A stretch of 60,000 bases of DNA, taken from NCBI RefSeq assembly GCF_018977255.1, contig NW_024704743.1, positions 100,070,001 through 100,130,000 on the forward strand, given 5' to 3'. The notes below the pieces were generated by a model. It had not been told where the DNA came from. It worked only from the letters and a program-made list of their open reading frames with translations, and searched no databases. The position numbers were made by a program, and so were the translations under genes. Shown one piece after another: positions 1 through 13,595 of this stretch (position 1 is the stretch's first letter; each line of letters starts with the position of its first letter). The stretch comes from Callorhinchus milii. Lineage: Eukaryota.

Positions 1-490
1 AGTACCAGTCATTGGTACAAATGGGCCAATGAAATAAGGTAGAAAGTTGCCATCATCAAAAATTGCAAACTAACTTAAGGCACAAAATTTACTGTATAGA
101 AATTCTATAGGTTTTCCCTCAAACACTTTTTGTGGGTAAATCTGCTCTGAAATTCCCTCCCAACACCGCCTTCCAAATCCATAACATATACAACAACAAC
201 AAGATTCCATTTATAGAGCGCCTTTCACGTCGGGAGGACGTCCCAAGGCGCACACAAATCTGCACAGGCTGGAATTACAGAATGTTTGCCCCTCCCAGAA
301 CCCAAAAGTAATAAGGAATGGAGGCACGTTACCAAAAGGGGTTATGAATCAGTACTCATAAGCTCCTAATAGTTAGTAATGGGTCCAATGGTTGAAAAAA
401 TCCCAGTTGCAATATTCAGGTCAACCACACAAAGTTAAGTACTTAAGAGACATTCAGTACTTAACACATCAAACCATTGTCAAAGCTACA

Positions 491-817
491 GTGGAGTCCT
501 GTAGCTCAGTGGTTAGAGCACTCGCTTTGCAAGCGATAGACCTGAGTTCAATTCCAGGCAGGGCAAAACCTTGGGCAAGTTTCCTTACTCCACACGCCTA
601 ATAATAATCCCTCCAAAACAAAAAACAATAATAAATTGGTAATTTTCAATCTACGACTGTTTGTGGGACATTGCTGTGCGCAATTGGCTGCCGCGTTCGC
701 CCACAAATATACAGTCAATTCACTTTACAGTGTGTTCTGTGAAGCGCTTTGGGACGTCCTCCCGACGTGAAAAGCGCTATATCAAATGCAAGGATTATTA
801 TTATTATTATTATTATT
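491..817 (+). mobile_element. Young tRNA-headed SINE (full length)
   Basis: Pol III A box (TAGCTCAGTGG) and B box (GTTCAATTCC), Deu-like body, L2-like tail, (TTA)n. Confidence 0.95.
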
Positions 818-1582
818 GTCAGAGACTCACCCACAACCAGGAGTTTCCAGAGGAGATGGCTTCACTCTCACTATCTGTACTCTCTTCTCCAGAACAGTCA
901 TAATCTTCAGTGAATAAAGACATTTGAGGTATTTTTCCTTAACCTCTACCTCTTAGTTCCTAATGTTAGTCTCATCCCAGGATAAGCCTCCTCAGGAATA
1001 CCAGCCTACCAGTATCTTGCTGCTTTTGATGAAGCGTGGATGAAGCAAAGAATAAATCTATTCCCAAATCATTGTGTCTGTTGGGGGGTGGGGGGGGGGG
1101 GGAAGGGTTTGTATCGAACCAGCTGCTCCAACCTATTACTAAAAGAATCAAAGTTCACAGAATTCAAATCGAAATCTATCTCTGATGCAAGGTGCATCAG
1201 GGCATGTGTCTGATGCAGGGAGTTTCATGGTGTTGTAAGAACTAGTTAATAATTACAACAAATCCTGTGTCATTAACAATAATGCAATAAAAATGCTATC
1301 AATGAGCGCTTGTGGACAGACATTTGTCACAAGTTATAACAATATGTTTATTGACATAAGTTTCTATTGTACTGATTACAGTCAGCAATTAAACCTTGGA
1401 CCATATCTGTGCCCACAGAAATGTGGGGTTTCCAGTGAAAAAATCTTCCATCACGAAGTTTTTGCAATCCAGTATTGGCAGTGATAGTTTGAGGTTAACC
1501 CACTGAATGGTGACTCCGCCAGTTTGAGATAGGATGTTTTAGTAGTTGCATAGGATTCTTGTACATAGGGACAGGAGAAACA

Positions 1583-1895
1583 ATAATAATAATCCTGGAA
1601 TTTTATATTACGTCTCAAAGCGCTTTACGGAATATACTATAAAGTGAATGTATATTTTTGGGGGCAAAACTGGGCAGCCAATTGAACACAGCAGTGTCCC
1701 ACAAACAGTCATGGATTGAGTGACCAATTTTTTTTAAAAAAGTGTTATCGGCCCCAGAAAGTGATTCGCCAATTGACTAACAACCGGGTTCCTACTCACT
1801 GCTAGTTAACAGAAGGCATGTGGAGAAAGGAAACCGTCTAAAATTTTGTCCTATACGGGAATTGAAGTGAGGTGAGTGCTCTTACCAATACTCTA
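1583..1895 (-). mobile_element. Diverged long-body SINE
   Basis: Reverse-complement similarity to the 32133 copy. Confidence 0.8.
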
Positions 1896-2569
1896 CAGGT
1901 TCAGTGCTTTATTTCTTTATTTTGTGTAACATAGTGTTTTACAAGCAGGGACAAGTACATTCCTCATTCTTTGCAATGTTGGTACTTGCATAAAAGCAGC
2001 TTTTCAGCATGTGCCCAGATAAACCAATTATTTCTATCTGCAGCTTTTTTAACTAACCCTCAGAAAGGTTATCCTATGTGAAAGGCACTTATATCAATAC
2101 AAAGTGTTGTTGTTTTACACAGTTAATCAGTGAACAAGAAGTAGGCCATTCAGCCCAGTGGGTCCATTCCAACGAAAGGCAGCAGTTTCTCAAAAGAACT
2201 GATTTGTGATTTGAGGCAAAACTGAAAGCTGTTGCCTGAAGTGTGCCCACAAGGACATGCCTTATCTGGGACTCAGTGGTGACCTTAGTCGGGTAGTACA
2301 TGGGGTGGGGAGGAAAGAGAAAGTACGAATCAATCTTGGTGGAACAGGCTCAATGGACTGAAGAGGTTTCTCCTGTTCCTATGTATAAAAATGCTATGCA
2401 ATTACTAAAACATTCCATCTCAAACTGGTGGAGTCATCATTCAATGGGAGATGCTGATAATGCACTCTGCTATATTGAAGCTCATCAATTTTCTTTGGAA
2501 GGAGTTCTTGGTACCAGCTATCTATCTGGCAAGAGCTCAAATCCAAATGTATTCACTGTCCAATGATCA

Positions 2570-4492
2570 ATCTCGACAAATCTGGCTGGACCTCCTCAAA
2601 ATCTACCGCTCCACTCTAGCCTCGGCCAAGTCGTCCTTCTAATCCAGGATAATCCTGGAGGCGAAGAACAACCCCAGGCTTCTGTTCTCTACCACATCCC
2701 AACTCCTCCGTCCCCCCCGCCACCCCACGCAGGTCATCTCCTCCAACCTTCACTGCGAGGAGATGCTGGATTTCCTTGAATCCAAAATCAAGGGAATCCT
2801 CCCACACTCCGACTCCTACCCATCCTCCCCGACACACCCGTTTCTCCACCCTCTGTCACCAAACTCATCCTGTCCCTGAAACCCACCACCTGCTCCCTTG
2901 ACCCCATCCCCACTCCACTCCTTATCTCCCAGCTCCACCTCGTTGCCCCACTTCTCACAGACATCATCAACCTGTCCCTCTCCTCTGGCTCTGTTCCCAT
3001 TCCCCTAAAAACTGCCACCATCACTCCCACTTTGAAAAAACCCTCCCTTAATGCATCGCAGCTATCAAGCTACCGGCCCATCTCCAACCTCCCCTTCCTG
3101 TCCAAGGTCCTTGAAAGAGTCGTCGCCTCCCAGCTGCGCTCTTTCCTCTCCACCCATTCATTATTCGAACCCCTTCAGTCGGGTTTCCGTGCTGCCCATA
3201 GCACAGAAACCGCCCTGGTCAAGGTCACTAATGACATCTTGACCATCTGCGACCAGGGCTCCCTCTGCCTCCTCGACCTATCGGCCACATTCGATATGGT
3301 CGACCACGCTATCCTCCTCCACCGCTTGTCCTCCCACGTAAACCTTCAAGGCCCTGTCCTTGAGTGGTTTAGGTCGTACCTCTCCCACTGTCTTCATTTT
3401 GTTTCCACAAACGGCTTTTCCTCCACCCCCGCACTGTCTCGTGCGATGTCCCTCAGGGCTCTGTTCTCGGTCCCCTCCTCTTCACCCTCTATATGCTCCC
3501 CTTTGGTGACATCATCCGCAGACATGTGGTTAACTTCCATGTCTTGGGTGTCATTGCGGATGACACCCAACTCTACCTTTCCTCCTCTACCCTCAACTCC
3601 ACAACTTTCTTCAGCTCAACGTGCGCAAAACCGAGGCCCTCCTGATTGGCTCACGTCAGCGCCTCCGCACCTCAGGCGCTGACAGCATCAGCATCCAAGG
3701 CTGCACTCTCCACCTCTCAAAGCCAGTCAGGAACCTCGGGGTTCTGTTCGACCCTGAGTTGTCCTTTCTTCCCCACATCCGCACCACAACTGGCACCGCC
3801 TTCCATCACCTCCGGAACATCGCCAGACTACGGCACTACCTCACCCCTCACGCTGCTGAAACTCTGGTCCACGCCTTTATCACCTCAAGGCTGGACTATG
3901 GGAACTCTCTCCTCGCCGGCCTTCCCGCCACCTCCCTCCACAAGCTGCAGGTCATTCAGAACTCTGCAGCTCGTGTACTGTCCCGCACCAGGCTTCGGGA
4001 CCACATCACTCCCACCCTCGCTCGCCTCCACTGGCTCCCCATCCCCCAGAGGATCGAATTCAAGATCCTCATCCTCACCTACAAGGCCATTCACGGCCTT
4101 GCTCCCTCCTACCTCTCTGACCTACTATCCCCCTACTTACCTGCCCGTACCCTCCGTTCCTCTGGCTCCGGTCTGCTCCACACCCCCCGCCCCAACCACC
4201 CTACCATCGGTGACCGGGCCTTCAGCCTCACAGCCCCGAGGCTCTGGAACTCCATCCCCCAGAGCCTTCGCATTGCTTCCTCCCTTTCCTCCTTCAAGGC
4301 CGGTCTCAAGACCTTTCTCTTTGACCGAGCCTTCAGCTCCCCTCTCGACTCTCTACCCCCTCCTCGCTCCCTCCCCTCACCCTGACCATTTCCCCCCTGC
4401 TCGGGTCCTGACCCAACTGTCCAGCGCCTTGGGACGTCCTCCCGATGTGAAAGGCGCTCTACAAATGAAAACGTCTTGTGGTTGTCTTGTTG
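2570..4492 (+). mobile_element. L2-clade LINE, 5'-truncated and frameshifted ORF2 with 3' tail
   Basis: RT motifs YRPISNLPFLSKVLE, QSGFR..HSTETAL, LLDLSATFD; L2 C-terminus [15 protein letters not shown]; tail ...aaggcgctctacaaat...(ttg)n. Confidence 0.95.
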
Positions 4493-5204
4493 ATGGAGAG
4501 GGTGTTGGTGAGGGATTTGGTTTTTGATTCAATCTGGAACCTGTCAACTCCAGTTATCGCAGTCAATTCAGAAGTTAAAGATTCCGACTAAATTTACTTT
4601 AACACCTTTTCTTATACCTTCTTTTTTATTCAATTTTCTCCCACCTCGAAGGTATGAGACTTCATATCCTTTAACTGGGATAGATTTGGCCCCGTAGGTA
4701 ACTTCTGACGTCTTACCTTAGTGGTGGCAATAATTCACGTGTGATTGTAAGTGACAACAATCTGCTGAACCACTGAAGGCATCTTAGTCAAACCCGATTC
4801 TGATCGTATCATGTATGCTCTAGCAGGAATTTCTGGGTTGGAGCTAGCTTCAGTCTGACTTTAACTTTCTATTCTCTCTCTTCCTTGCTGGCCCTCCCTC
4901 CACCCACCACCCAGACCACTGACACCAAAAGTAGTGACCCAACTCTTGACATCAACAAACTAAGCATAAATGGGACATGGGACTCATTTCTCATCTTGTA
5001 TGCCTTTAAGGTTGTGGCTTCACCAATCAGTTCAGCATCTCTGATTTCATACAGATTTCCCTGAGTAATCAGGTCACAATAATCTGGATTTGTCACATAT
5101 AATAACTGCAAACTAGAAGTAGATGAAAGAGAAAAGTACACAAGCATCATGAGAATAAAAATCTAGAGCATGCATTAGCATTCACAATCTGAGTGCATTA
5201 TGTA

Positions 5205-5912
5205 GTAAAGGGCGAAACCTTGGGCAAGTTTCCTTACTGCACACGCCTAATAATAATTCCTCCAAAAAACAAAAACAATAATAAATTGGTCATTTTCAAT
5301 CCACGACTCTTTATGGGACACTGCTGCTGCCGCGTTTCGCCCACAAATATACAGTCAATTCACTTTACAGCATATTCTGTGAAGCGCTTTGAGACGTCTA
5401 GAAGATGTGAAAAGCGCTATATCAAATGCAAGGATTATTATTATTATTAACCACTATCACAACACAATCACTTGCAGGGAAAGAATAAAGTGTGCCAAGA
5501 TGGGCTTCAAGAGGATTACTCATGCTCAAGCGGAGCAAACCTTATGGATTTGCCATGCTTCAGCTACATATATTGTAGATATCAACAACTCTGATATATG
5601 CATATCAGTATGTGGGTTGGATTCCTGGCAGGGTGAAATGTTGGGTAAGTTTCCTTACTCCACATGCCTCTGTTTACCTAGCAGTAAGTAGGAACCCGGT
5701 TCTTAGTCAATTGGCAGATAATAATCCCTAAAAATAAAATAATTTGTTTACTCAATCCACGACTGTTTGTGGGACACTGCTGTGCGCAATTGGCTGCTAC
5801 ATTGCACCCACAAGTATACAGTCAATTCACTTTACAGTGTATTCTGTGAAGCGCTTTGAGATGCCTAGAAGACATAAAAAGCACTATATTAAATGGAAGG
5901 ATTATTATTATA
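5205..5912 (+). mobile_element. Two 5'-truncated SINE copies (about 5205-5448 short body; about 5620-5912 long body)
   Basis: Similarity to the full-length copies. Confidence 0.88.
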
Positions 5913-6769
5913 ATAACTACTGAGCAAATATCAACTGACATTTGTCACAATGTAAACCTTTGCAGACAATCACTCACTCACTCTAAGGTCCCCTCTGAGA
6001 CATCTTTTGAAGGCTGAAGAGTTCTAGTTTGTCTAATCATTCTTTACAGCCCACCCTACAAAACATGTCCAGTATAGAAATGGGGGGGTAGGAGAATGTG
6101 ACTGCAATGTTGCTTCATTAACTCAATCTTCACATTGCATATAAACCCTAGTAAATACAGAATACAAGACGAAGCAGCACACATTGAAATGCCACAAATT
6201 AAGCAGTGCGTAAGTATCTGTCAGTAAGCTGCAAAGTAGCATCAGTAATGTCACCAATCCTTTATTACTCATGCTTACCACCTGCAAATGTTCTTTATCT
6301 CACTAAATCTTTTTATAATAGATAATTTATACCACAACAGGAATACTTTGTCTCTTAACTATCTGTTGTCTTATGTTTTTTTTAAGACATTCAGAACCAA
6401 ACCTTGTCTGGATTACTCATTTTACTAAATAGAGTAAAAGTTGTTATGTACTGCACAGGCAAAAATTCTTTCAATACTACATCCAAATGTAACACAATAA
6501 AGTACTTCTTTGGAATAGTGGCTCCCAGTTGTACGAAATCAATGGAAAAAGCCTGGGAGCAGTTCTCTTCATGACCTCTCAGCCAGTGAAAGTGAACAAC
6601 ATGATGAGACTCGAGTGGCAGGAACACTGGGTGAAAATATTAATAAAATTGCCAACAGTAGATTTCTTCTGGAATATCCACAGTTATAATACTTGCATTT
6701 GTTATAGCTTCTTGGGACGTCCTCCCGACGCGAAGGGCGCTATACAAATGTAATCTTGTTGTTGTTAAC

Positions 6770-7067
6770 ACATCATTGAAACATCTCATAGTGCTTCTAT
6801 GTCAATAGAAGTGAGTGGACTATTGTATTTTGTGGGCTAAATGTGGCAGCCAATTGTGTACAGCAGTGTCCCACAAACAGTTGTGGATTGAGTGACCACA
6901 TTTTTTTTGCAGTGGGGGGGGGGGGATTTATTACCCCCGGAAAGCGATTTGACAATCGACTAAAAATTGGGTTCCTACTTACTGCTAGGTAAATAGACGA
7001 GTTTGGAGTAAGGAAACTTGCCTACGGTTTCGATCCCGGGTCTAAGCACTACGCAATGGGACTCCAC
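6770..7067 (-). mobile_element. Diverged long-body SINE
   Basis: Reverse-complement similarity to the 32133 copy. Confidence 0.8.
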
Positions 7068-9299
7068 TTCATTTAAAACTGAAATAACAAAACCAGACCA
7101 GGTTTCCCCCACTAAAAATAGAATTAAAACAGAAAACTTAGTGTACAATGTCAATTACACAAAATAAAGATTTTTCCCCCCTCCACCCCTCACTCAGTCT
7201 CACTGCTCAAACATTAGAAACAAACAAAAAGCCACCTCTACCATTATCAGCACACTAATAAAATACAGACTACTTGAACCAAATAACTAGTCCCCATCTG
7301 GATCTTTCAAATTAATTTACAAACAGTAGCAAACAAGGCCAAGATAAAAGGTAGATTTGTGCCCTAAATGAGAACTTTGTTTAGTAAAATTAAAATTCTA
7401 TGTAAGGTAATAATATTTGTATTTTGATGTAGCACCTTATCACAAGACTAAACAAAGCGCTCACACAATATACTGCAAAGTATAGTATGTATTATAGATG
7501 AACACAGCAGTCAATTTGCACACTTTATTTTGCACTGAAAGTTTGAGGATCTGGTTTAAAAAGTAACCTGGGTCAGCAGCTAAACTCACTACAAGAGGTG
7601 TTGCCCTCTTAACCAATCAGTAACAAAACAACAGGCTGACCCTTCACACAGTCCTGTGCAGGAGAGAGTCTGCAGTCATCATGGGACATGATAAAAGGCT
7701 GATCTTGTTTTTTTCGTTGGACATTTTCCCAGTGATAGAATGAGCAGACTTTGTTCACTTTTAGATCTGCATTCTGCAGGAAAAGGAAAACATGACGCAT
7801 TATAAATGTAAACATACACAGAGTATGTCAAGTTATGAAAATGAAGAAATAGTCCTGGTTGCATGCTGTAGTTTATCAGATTATCGGGCAATTGCTACAA
7901 TACCAGTCTTTATGAAGAGAAATATCTGAATGCATTTCCTTGAAGCTAAATGAACCAAAGATAATCAAATATATTCAATGAAATCTGGGTACTTTGCACA
8001 CATGTGCATCACTAAAAATAATCCTGAAACCGCAAACCATGACTTATTTTATGCAAATAGTCCATGCAGGTGTTTGGTATTCCACTGTATTTTCTCTCTC
8101 CCACCCGCCTCTTCAAAGTGTTATCTCATTCTGGGATCATGGTCAGAAAGGCTCCCTCCAGTATCTCAGCAAATAGTCATTCTTAGAGCCCCATGTTTTT
8201 GGCAAATATGAAAAACACCAATTAAAACAAAAAGCACTCAAAATTAAAATAAAAAAATCATTACAAATACAGGAAAAGTGTTAAGACCGTCAAGGGAGTG
8301 CGTTTCAGGAAGCAGAGAGCAAATATTTTAAATTTGGAAAGCCATCAAGCCACTTTGTGTGCGCATGTGTGTGTGTAAAAACATATCCAGTTTTCAACAA
8401 TAATCTCAATTATGTCTGAAAGCGATTTGAATAACCATCGTCTTCCGTAGTTCTCAAATTCAAGTGTGAATGTGTTCAGAATAAGACGTTCCCGAAAGCA
8501 ACAGCCAAGTTCTTTGACACCTCAAACTAAATGAATCCTATGAAATTCCTACCTGAAAACTCAATGAGTTTTTGAAATCAAAGGTCTTTGTACTATTTTT
8601 AAGAGAGCTCCAAAATAGTTTATCTGGGGCACATTACAAGAGTTGAAAACAGGAGGGAGGGGCAGGAAAGTGTTATCTACTATTCTGTAAGGAAAAGACT
8701 GTTTTGCAAAGCAAATTGTCAGTAATACTTTCCATTTGTTAGAATCTGTATGTAAATATATGTTAAAAAATGGTTTAGTATTCAGAATGCCAAGCTTATT
8801 CTTGAATTGAAAAAATGTGATTGTTTGATCACTGAAGTTTGTAGTGATCAATGACTGTGGTCATTTGGTAGAGAAGACAATTGGAAAATTTGTGCCATAT
8901 GATGCAAAGATATTTCACATTATTGAGGCTACGGGGAAAGAATAAATACAAGAAGCTTTGGCAACAAACCTGCTGTGAAGCCAACTCCCGTTAATAATAT
9001 TTAATTTGGGCAACAATTTTCCACCAAACAGTTTGATATATCCACTAGAAATATTACTTTGAATTAAAACAATGCCCTGCTTGGCAGACTATGAATACTT
9101 ACAATTATGCTATGGCTAAATATATGCATGGCACTAGAATATTGAAAACCACAGTGCACATAATATGGGCGATTCATACATAGTAAGTGGAAAAAATGAC
9201 TTTAAGGCAGTGCAGAAATGTAAAACCGATAACCAAAGGATATTTTGCTCTGTAAACGGTTTTCCACACAGTGAGAACCAGTATAACATATATGTGTCT

Positions 9300-9712
9300 G
9301 CCTAGCTTAGTTGGTAGCACTCGCCTCTAAGTCAGAGGTTGTGGGTTCAAGCCCCACATCAGGCCTTTGTACTCAGTCCAGGTTGACACTCCAATGCATT
9401 GCTGGGGATGCACTGCTTGGGGGAGGTTCGTGCTTCAGATGACACATTAAACCATGTTGCGTACATTTAAAAGATCCCATGGCACCATTCAGAAAAAAAG
9501 GGAGTTTCTCCCGGTGTTCCAGCCGACAATCCCCAGAAGATAAAATTAGTCATTCACTTGTCATGGCTGTTTTTAGGACACTGCTGCGGGCACATTGGCT
9601 GTCACAATTGCCTATATATATACACACACACACAATCACTACACTTCACAGTAATTCATGTGAAGCGCTTTGAGACATCCTACTGATGTGAAAGGCAAAT
9701 ACAAGGATTTCT
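9300..9712 (+). mobile_element. Older Deu-domain SINE (SacSINE1-like head)
   Basis: ggtagcactcgcctctaagtcagaggttgtgggttcaagcccc head, gatcccatggcac...ggagtttctccc body and the shared tail. Related relics lie at about 12520-12730, 33070-33360, 53130-53330 and 55070-55310. Confidence 0.75.
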
Positions 9713-12700
9713 TTTTGTTTTGAAATTTATGGCCTACAGTTTACCTACAAGCAGTTGCTATCACTCAAACTCTTGGGACATTTTCTCAACTTGTTCCAAA
9801 TTTCAGTGGATCCATTTATTGCACCAGTGGTTTACACTTCCTGACACTCCTCACTATATATTATCATTGCAAGTAGTATTGAAGAAATACTTCACATTAG
9901 TATAAGAGAATAAATGAACCAGCAATATATCACCTATGAGGTCAAGTCACACTCAATCCCAAGTACATTGCAGAAATCCTACTGGTATTTCAGTCACTTC
10001 CAGTACTTAAAGAAGAAAATACAAATGCAAACAGCAAGAAAATCGTGAAATTATCTCAATCATAGAGTCAGTTGAGAGAGAAGCAGAATGTAATCTGGCT
10101 TTAGCATCTCTTAGTTTTGCACTGCTGATTACCATCCAGTAACCTGTTGGAAAAGGTACATATTGGTGCCAGACGAGAACTGGTTTGGGTTCAGTTATAA
10201 TGTTCCAATGGTCAAATATTCTAAGTACTCACCGGCCTTGGGCTCATACATAAGTGGCCACTCGTGTGAGCTTCTGATGCCAGGGAACCCCAATGAGACA
10301 CTGCAGATTGGCAGTTCTTCAAGAGTTTGGAAGTATTTGAGATTTTTTCCCTGTCCCCAATTCGCGAAGGAACTATGCTGACTCAAGTGCTTTATTACAA
10401 TGAAAGCATTCACAATGCGTGGTTTGCAAAACATTATTGTCTAATCGTAGAGTCTGGTAGATGGAACTTTCCTGGCATTATTCTCTTTCCAAAAAGCTAA
10501 ACTGTAGGAGCGAAAGCAAACACAGTTGCCTTGGATACTGAGCATATTAAAATATGACTGGACTAAATTCAAAAGTCAGTGGGCATTTAGCTAAGGAGAA
10601 ATGAATTTAAGACCAAAGCAACAAAGAGGTGGAGTTCATAATTATTTAAAGAAGTGTTTTGGACATCAAATGCCAAGAATCAAAATTGACATTTGGAACA
10701 GAAATGCATAAGAACTTCAACTTGAAATGACCAAATAATTGGCAAAGATATAAAACAAGGGAAAGTGTGGGACACTGAACAATGTAGATAACTCTTTCAG
10801 AGCACAATGGGCTGAATCGCCCACTTCTACTCTTTCCCTCAGCAAGTACACGGTATTAGAAATTTCCAGTCAGTTTCTTTGCTGCAACTGCTGCTTCTCA
10901 GATTTCAAAGCTGCCACGTAATCTGCCAAACCAATTGCTCTCTGTACTGCAGTCAGCAGCTCTCCCATTAACCCCTTCATTACTTAATTCTACGAGAAAA
11001 AGCTTTTATATTTCAAGGTGGTTACAGAGAGAACTGCAAACAGCTCCCCTTTTATTATTGTGACAATGCTGTAAAAGTTACAAGGCATTTTAAAGCTGTG
11101 CCTCAAAAGGAGGACAAAAAACACAAGGCTGTACTGTGGGCAATGACTTTGGGAATGCAACTACTGCTGAACATTACCATTTTCTTCACATTTTTAATGC
11201 AGTATTTTATCTGGGGATTGTCGGCTGGGACACTGGGAGAAACTCCCTTCTCTTTTTGAATGGTGCACAAGTAAGAAAATCTACAAAACTATGAACAGAT
11301 GCCTGCATTCAGAATATTCTCAACATAAAAAAAACAAATGTGATGTTGCTGCAGTTCAGTGCAGAAATACACAGCCGCATTAATTTAAAGGGCAATTAAC
11401 CTTTAACTTTTGCTTCTACTCCCTCTTTCCATATAGTCTGGGCAAACAAACAAAAGAAATTCAATGAAGGGTTGAAAACCACAGAACTCATTTTACAAAA
11501 GTTCTGCTCTTTGGATATGAAGTGTGGGGGTAGGAGACAAGTTACCTGTTTAAAGAGAAGCTGACCTAGAAACAGTTCCCTTGAGGTTGGTTAACTGAGC
11601 CAAACCCAATTTAATTATAATCTTCTTGAAACCACATTGTACTCCAAATTCGTTTACCTACACAAAAACGTGTCTCCTTTGTACATTTTCAATCTTCAAG
11701 GTCCTTTCACATTATTAAAGGATACATATCAAACCAGAAATTGTGTTTGCAGAGGAGACAACCAGCCTGGATGGAATACAAGGATGGCATTGGGAATCAG
11801 AATTCATCATAGCAGATGCAAATCGAAGAGCATTTCAAAACTATGCCCATTAAAATACATAAAGTTATTTATTTACGGGCTGCAGCACTATTGAAACAGA
11901 ATTATTTCACAGTAAAAAAAACTTTATATCCATCAGCTAATCCCATAACAAATCTGGTCAGCTGATAAAATCGGAGAAAATTCTCACCCAAAATGACATG
12001 AAGATAGACAGTAACAAAATTGACAGCAATCGCCTAACACAACTGATGGATGTATCTGGGAAGTCTCCAAAATGGTATGGAGTGAGGTATGACCTTTAGA
12101 TATGTTCTTCAGGTACAGGCAAATGGCTAGGTTCAAAATTAATTTGCTTTGCTAGCTACATCCTATCACAAACGTACCTTCCATTTGTTCTATATATTAT
12201 TTTTAGTTTGAACTCGACTGCATCAACCATCACGTGCATTGTATAGGACTACATGGGCCCATGTTCTTGCTTTATGGAGAGAGCATTTATCAGGTGTCTT
12301 TTATCAGGCATTTATCAGAACAATTATCTGGCTTGTGTTTATTGAAAAGACAAGACAACCTGAACAAACTGTGGTTCATTCAACAGGAAACGACACTTTG
12401 GCAAAGCATGAAATTTACGCTTAAGCAGGAAGTTCTACTTGTTTGTTAGAGTTCACTGCATATATAATAAAATACCACATCTAGAATTATTACATATATA
12501 GTACAATATCACAAAATAGTGTGGAATATATGCCTCAAAATGCGGCAGCCAGGTTCCCACACAGCAATGTCCAAAAGCAGCAATGGAGTGAGTGACCAAT
12601 TTTATTTAGGGGGTTTTTAGACACCGGGAGAAACTACCTTCTCTTTTCGAATAGTGCCATGGGATCTTTAACATTCACCTGAACTAACAGATGGGACCTC

Positions 12701-12874
12701 AGTTTAATGTCTTATCTGACAGACAGTTCAACATTCAACCATAATTAAAATGAAAAGGTAAAAGCTACACAAATGTTCCCTCCATAAGTGGCACCAATGC
12801 AGTTGCCGTGTTCCTGTGCAAAAGTACAAATATGGAAAGGAAAGTGGGTGTTGAAACCTGCAGTTTTTGGTACA

Positions 12875-13190
12875 TCTATACTAATAAAAATGAAATGTCT
12901 GTGTGTCTTCCAATAACGCAATAACCAATTGGCACAGAGACATGATTATACCTCATTGGAAAGGTCTTGCTTGGGAATTTTTTTTGTCATGGGCATTTTT
13001 TTTTCAGGGCTCCCCTATCGATGATGAGCTAATTTAAAAAAATGCTTCAATTAAGCCCCAAAATATGAGGTACATATGGTATTCTGCAACAAAGTAACAA
13101 CAGAGAAAATTACACCCCCTTCTAGACAGATATATCTATACTAATAAAGACGAAATGTCTGTCTGTGTTTGTGTGTGTGTATCAGCTGAG
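12875..13190 (+). mobile_element. Two Helitron-like 5' ends in tandem
   Basis: A|TCTATACTAATAAA...GAAATGTCTGT followed by a TG-rich tract, at 12875 and 13135. Confidence 0.5.
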
Positions 13191-13321
13191 TATAAAGACA
13201 AAATGTATAAAGGAAGACAAGCATTACAGTAACATCAAACAGCTGTATTCTGCCTTCTTTGGATTTTCAAGCTTTGAATAAGAATATGAGGTGCTTTGAG
13301 ATGTCGATGATACATTAAAAT

Positions 13322-13595
13322 ACATTAGAATCTACAGCACAGAAACATTCGGCCCAACTGGGCTATGCCGGTGTTTATGCTCCACATGAGCCTCCTTCTG
13401 CCCTTCCTCAACTAAGCCTTCAAGCACAACCTACTATTCCTTTTCATGTACCTATCTAGCTTTCCCTTAAATACATCTATGCTATTTGCCTCCACAACTC
13501 CTTGTGGTAGCACGTTCCACATTCTCACTACTATCTGTGTGAAGACATTTCTTCTAACTTCCCTATTTGATCTATTTGTGGCTATTTTATATCGA
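13322..13595 (-). mobile_element. CR1 LINE 3' end
   Basis: Reverse complement of the CR1 3' region (tagaatctacagcacagaaac...ggcccaac). Confidence 0.75.

Noticed and set aside
491..570. tRNA-Ala(TGC) gene
   Set aside because: It is the head of a multi-copy SINE and is always followed by the SINE body and tail.
661..903. Recurrent small [21 protein letters not shown]...YYYY at several loci
   Set aside because: It is a translation of SINE copies, not a gene family.
3032..4385. Functional reverse transcriptase gene
   Set aside because: It is 5'-truncated and frameshifted, the catalytic YADD region is disrupted by an insertion, and there is a deletion of about 55 bp relative to the 57-kb copy.
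7112..7121. Perfect MEF2 motif CTAAAAATAG
   Set aside because: It is a single short AT-rich match with no supporting motif cluster, and is expected by chance in 60 kb.
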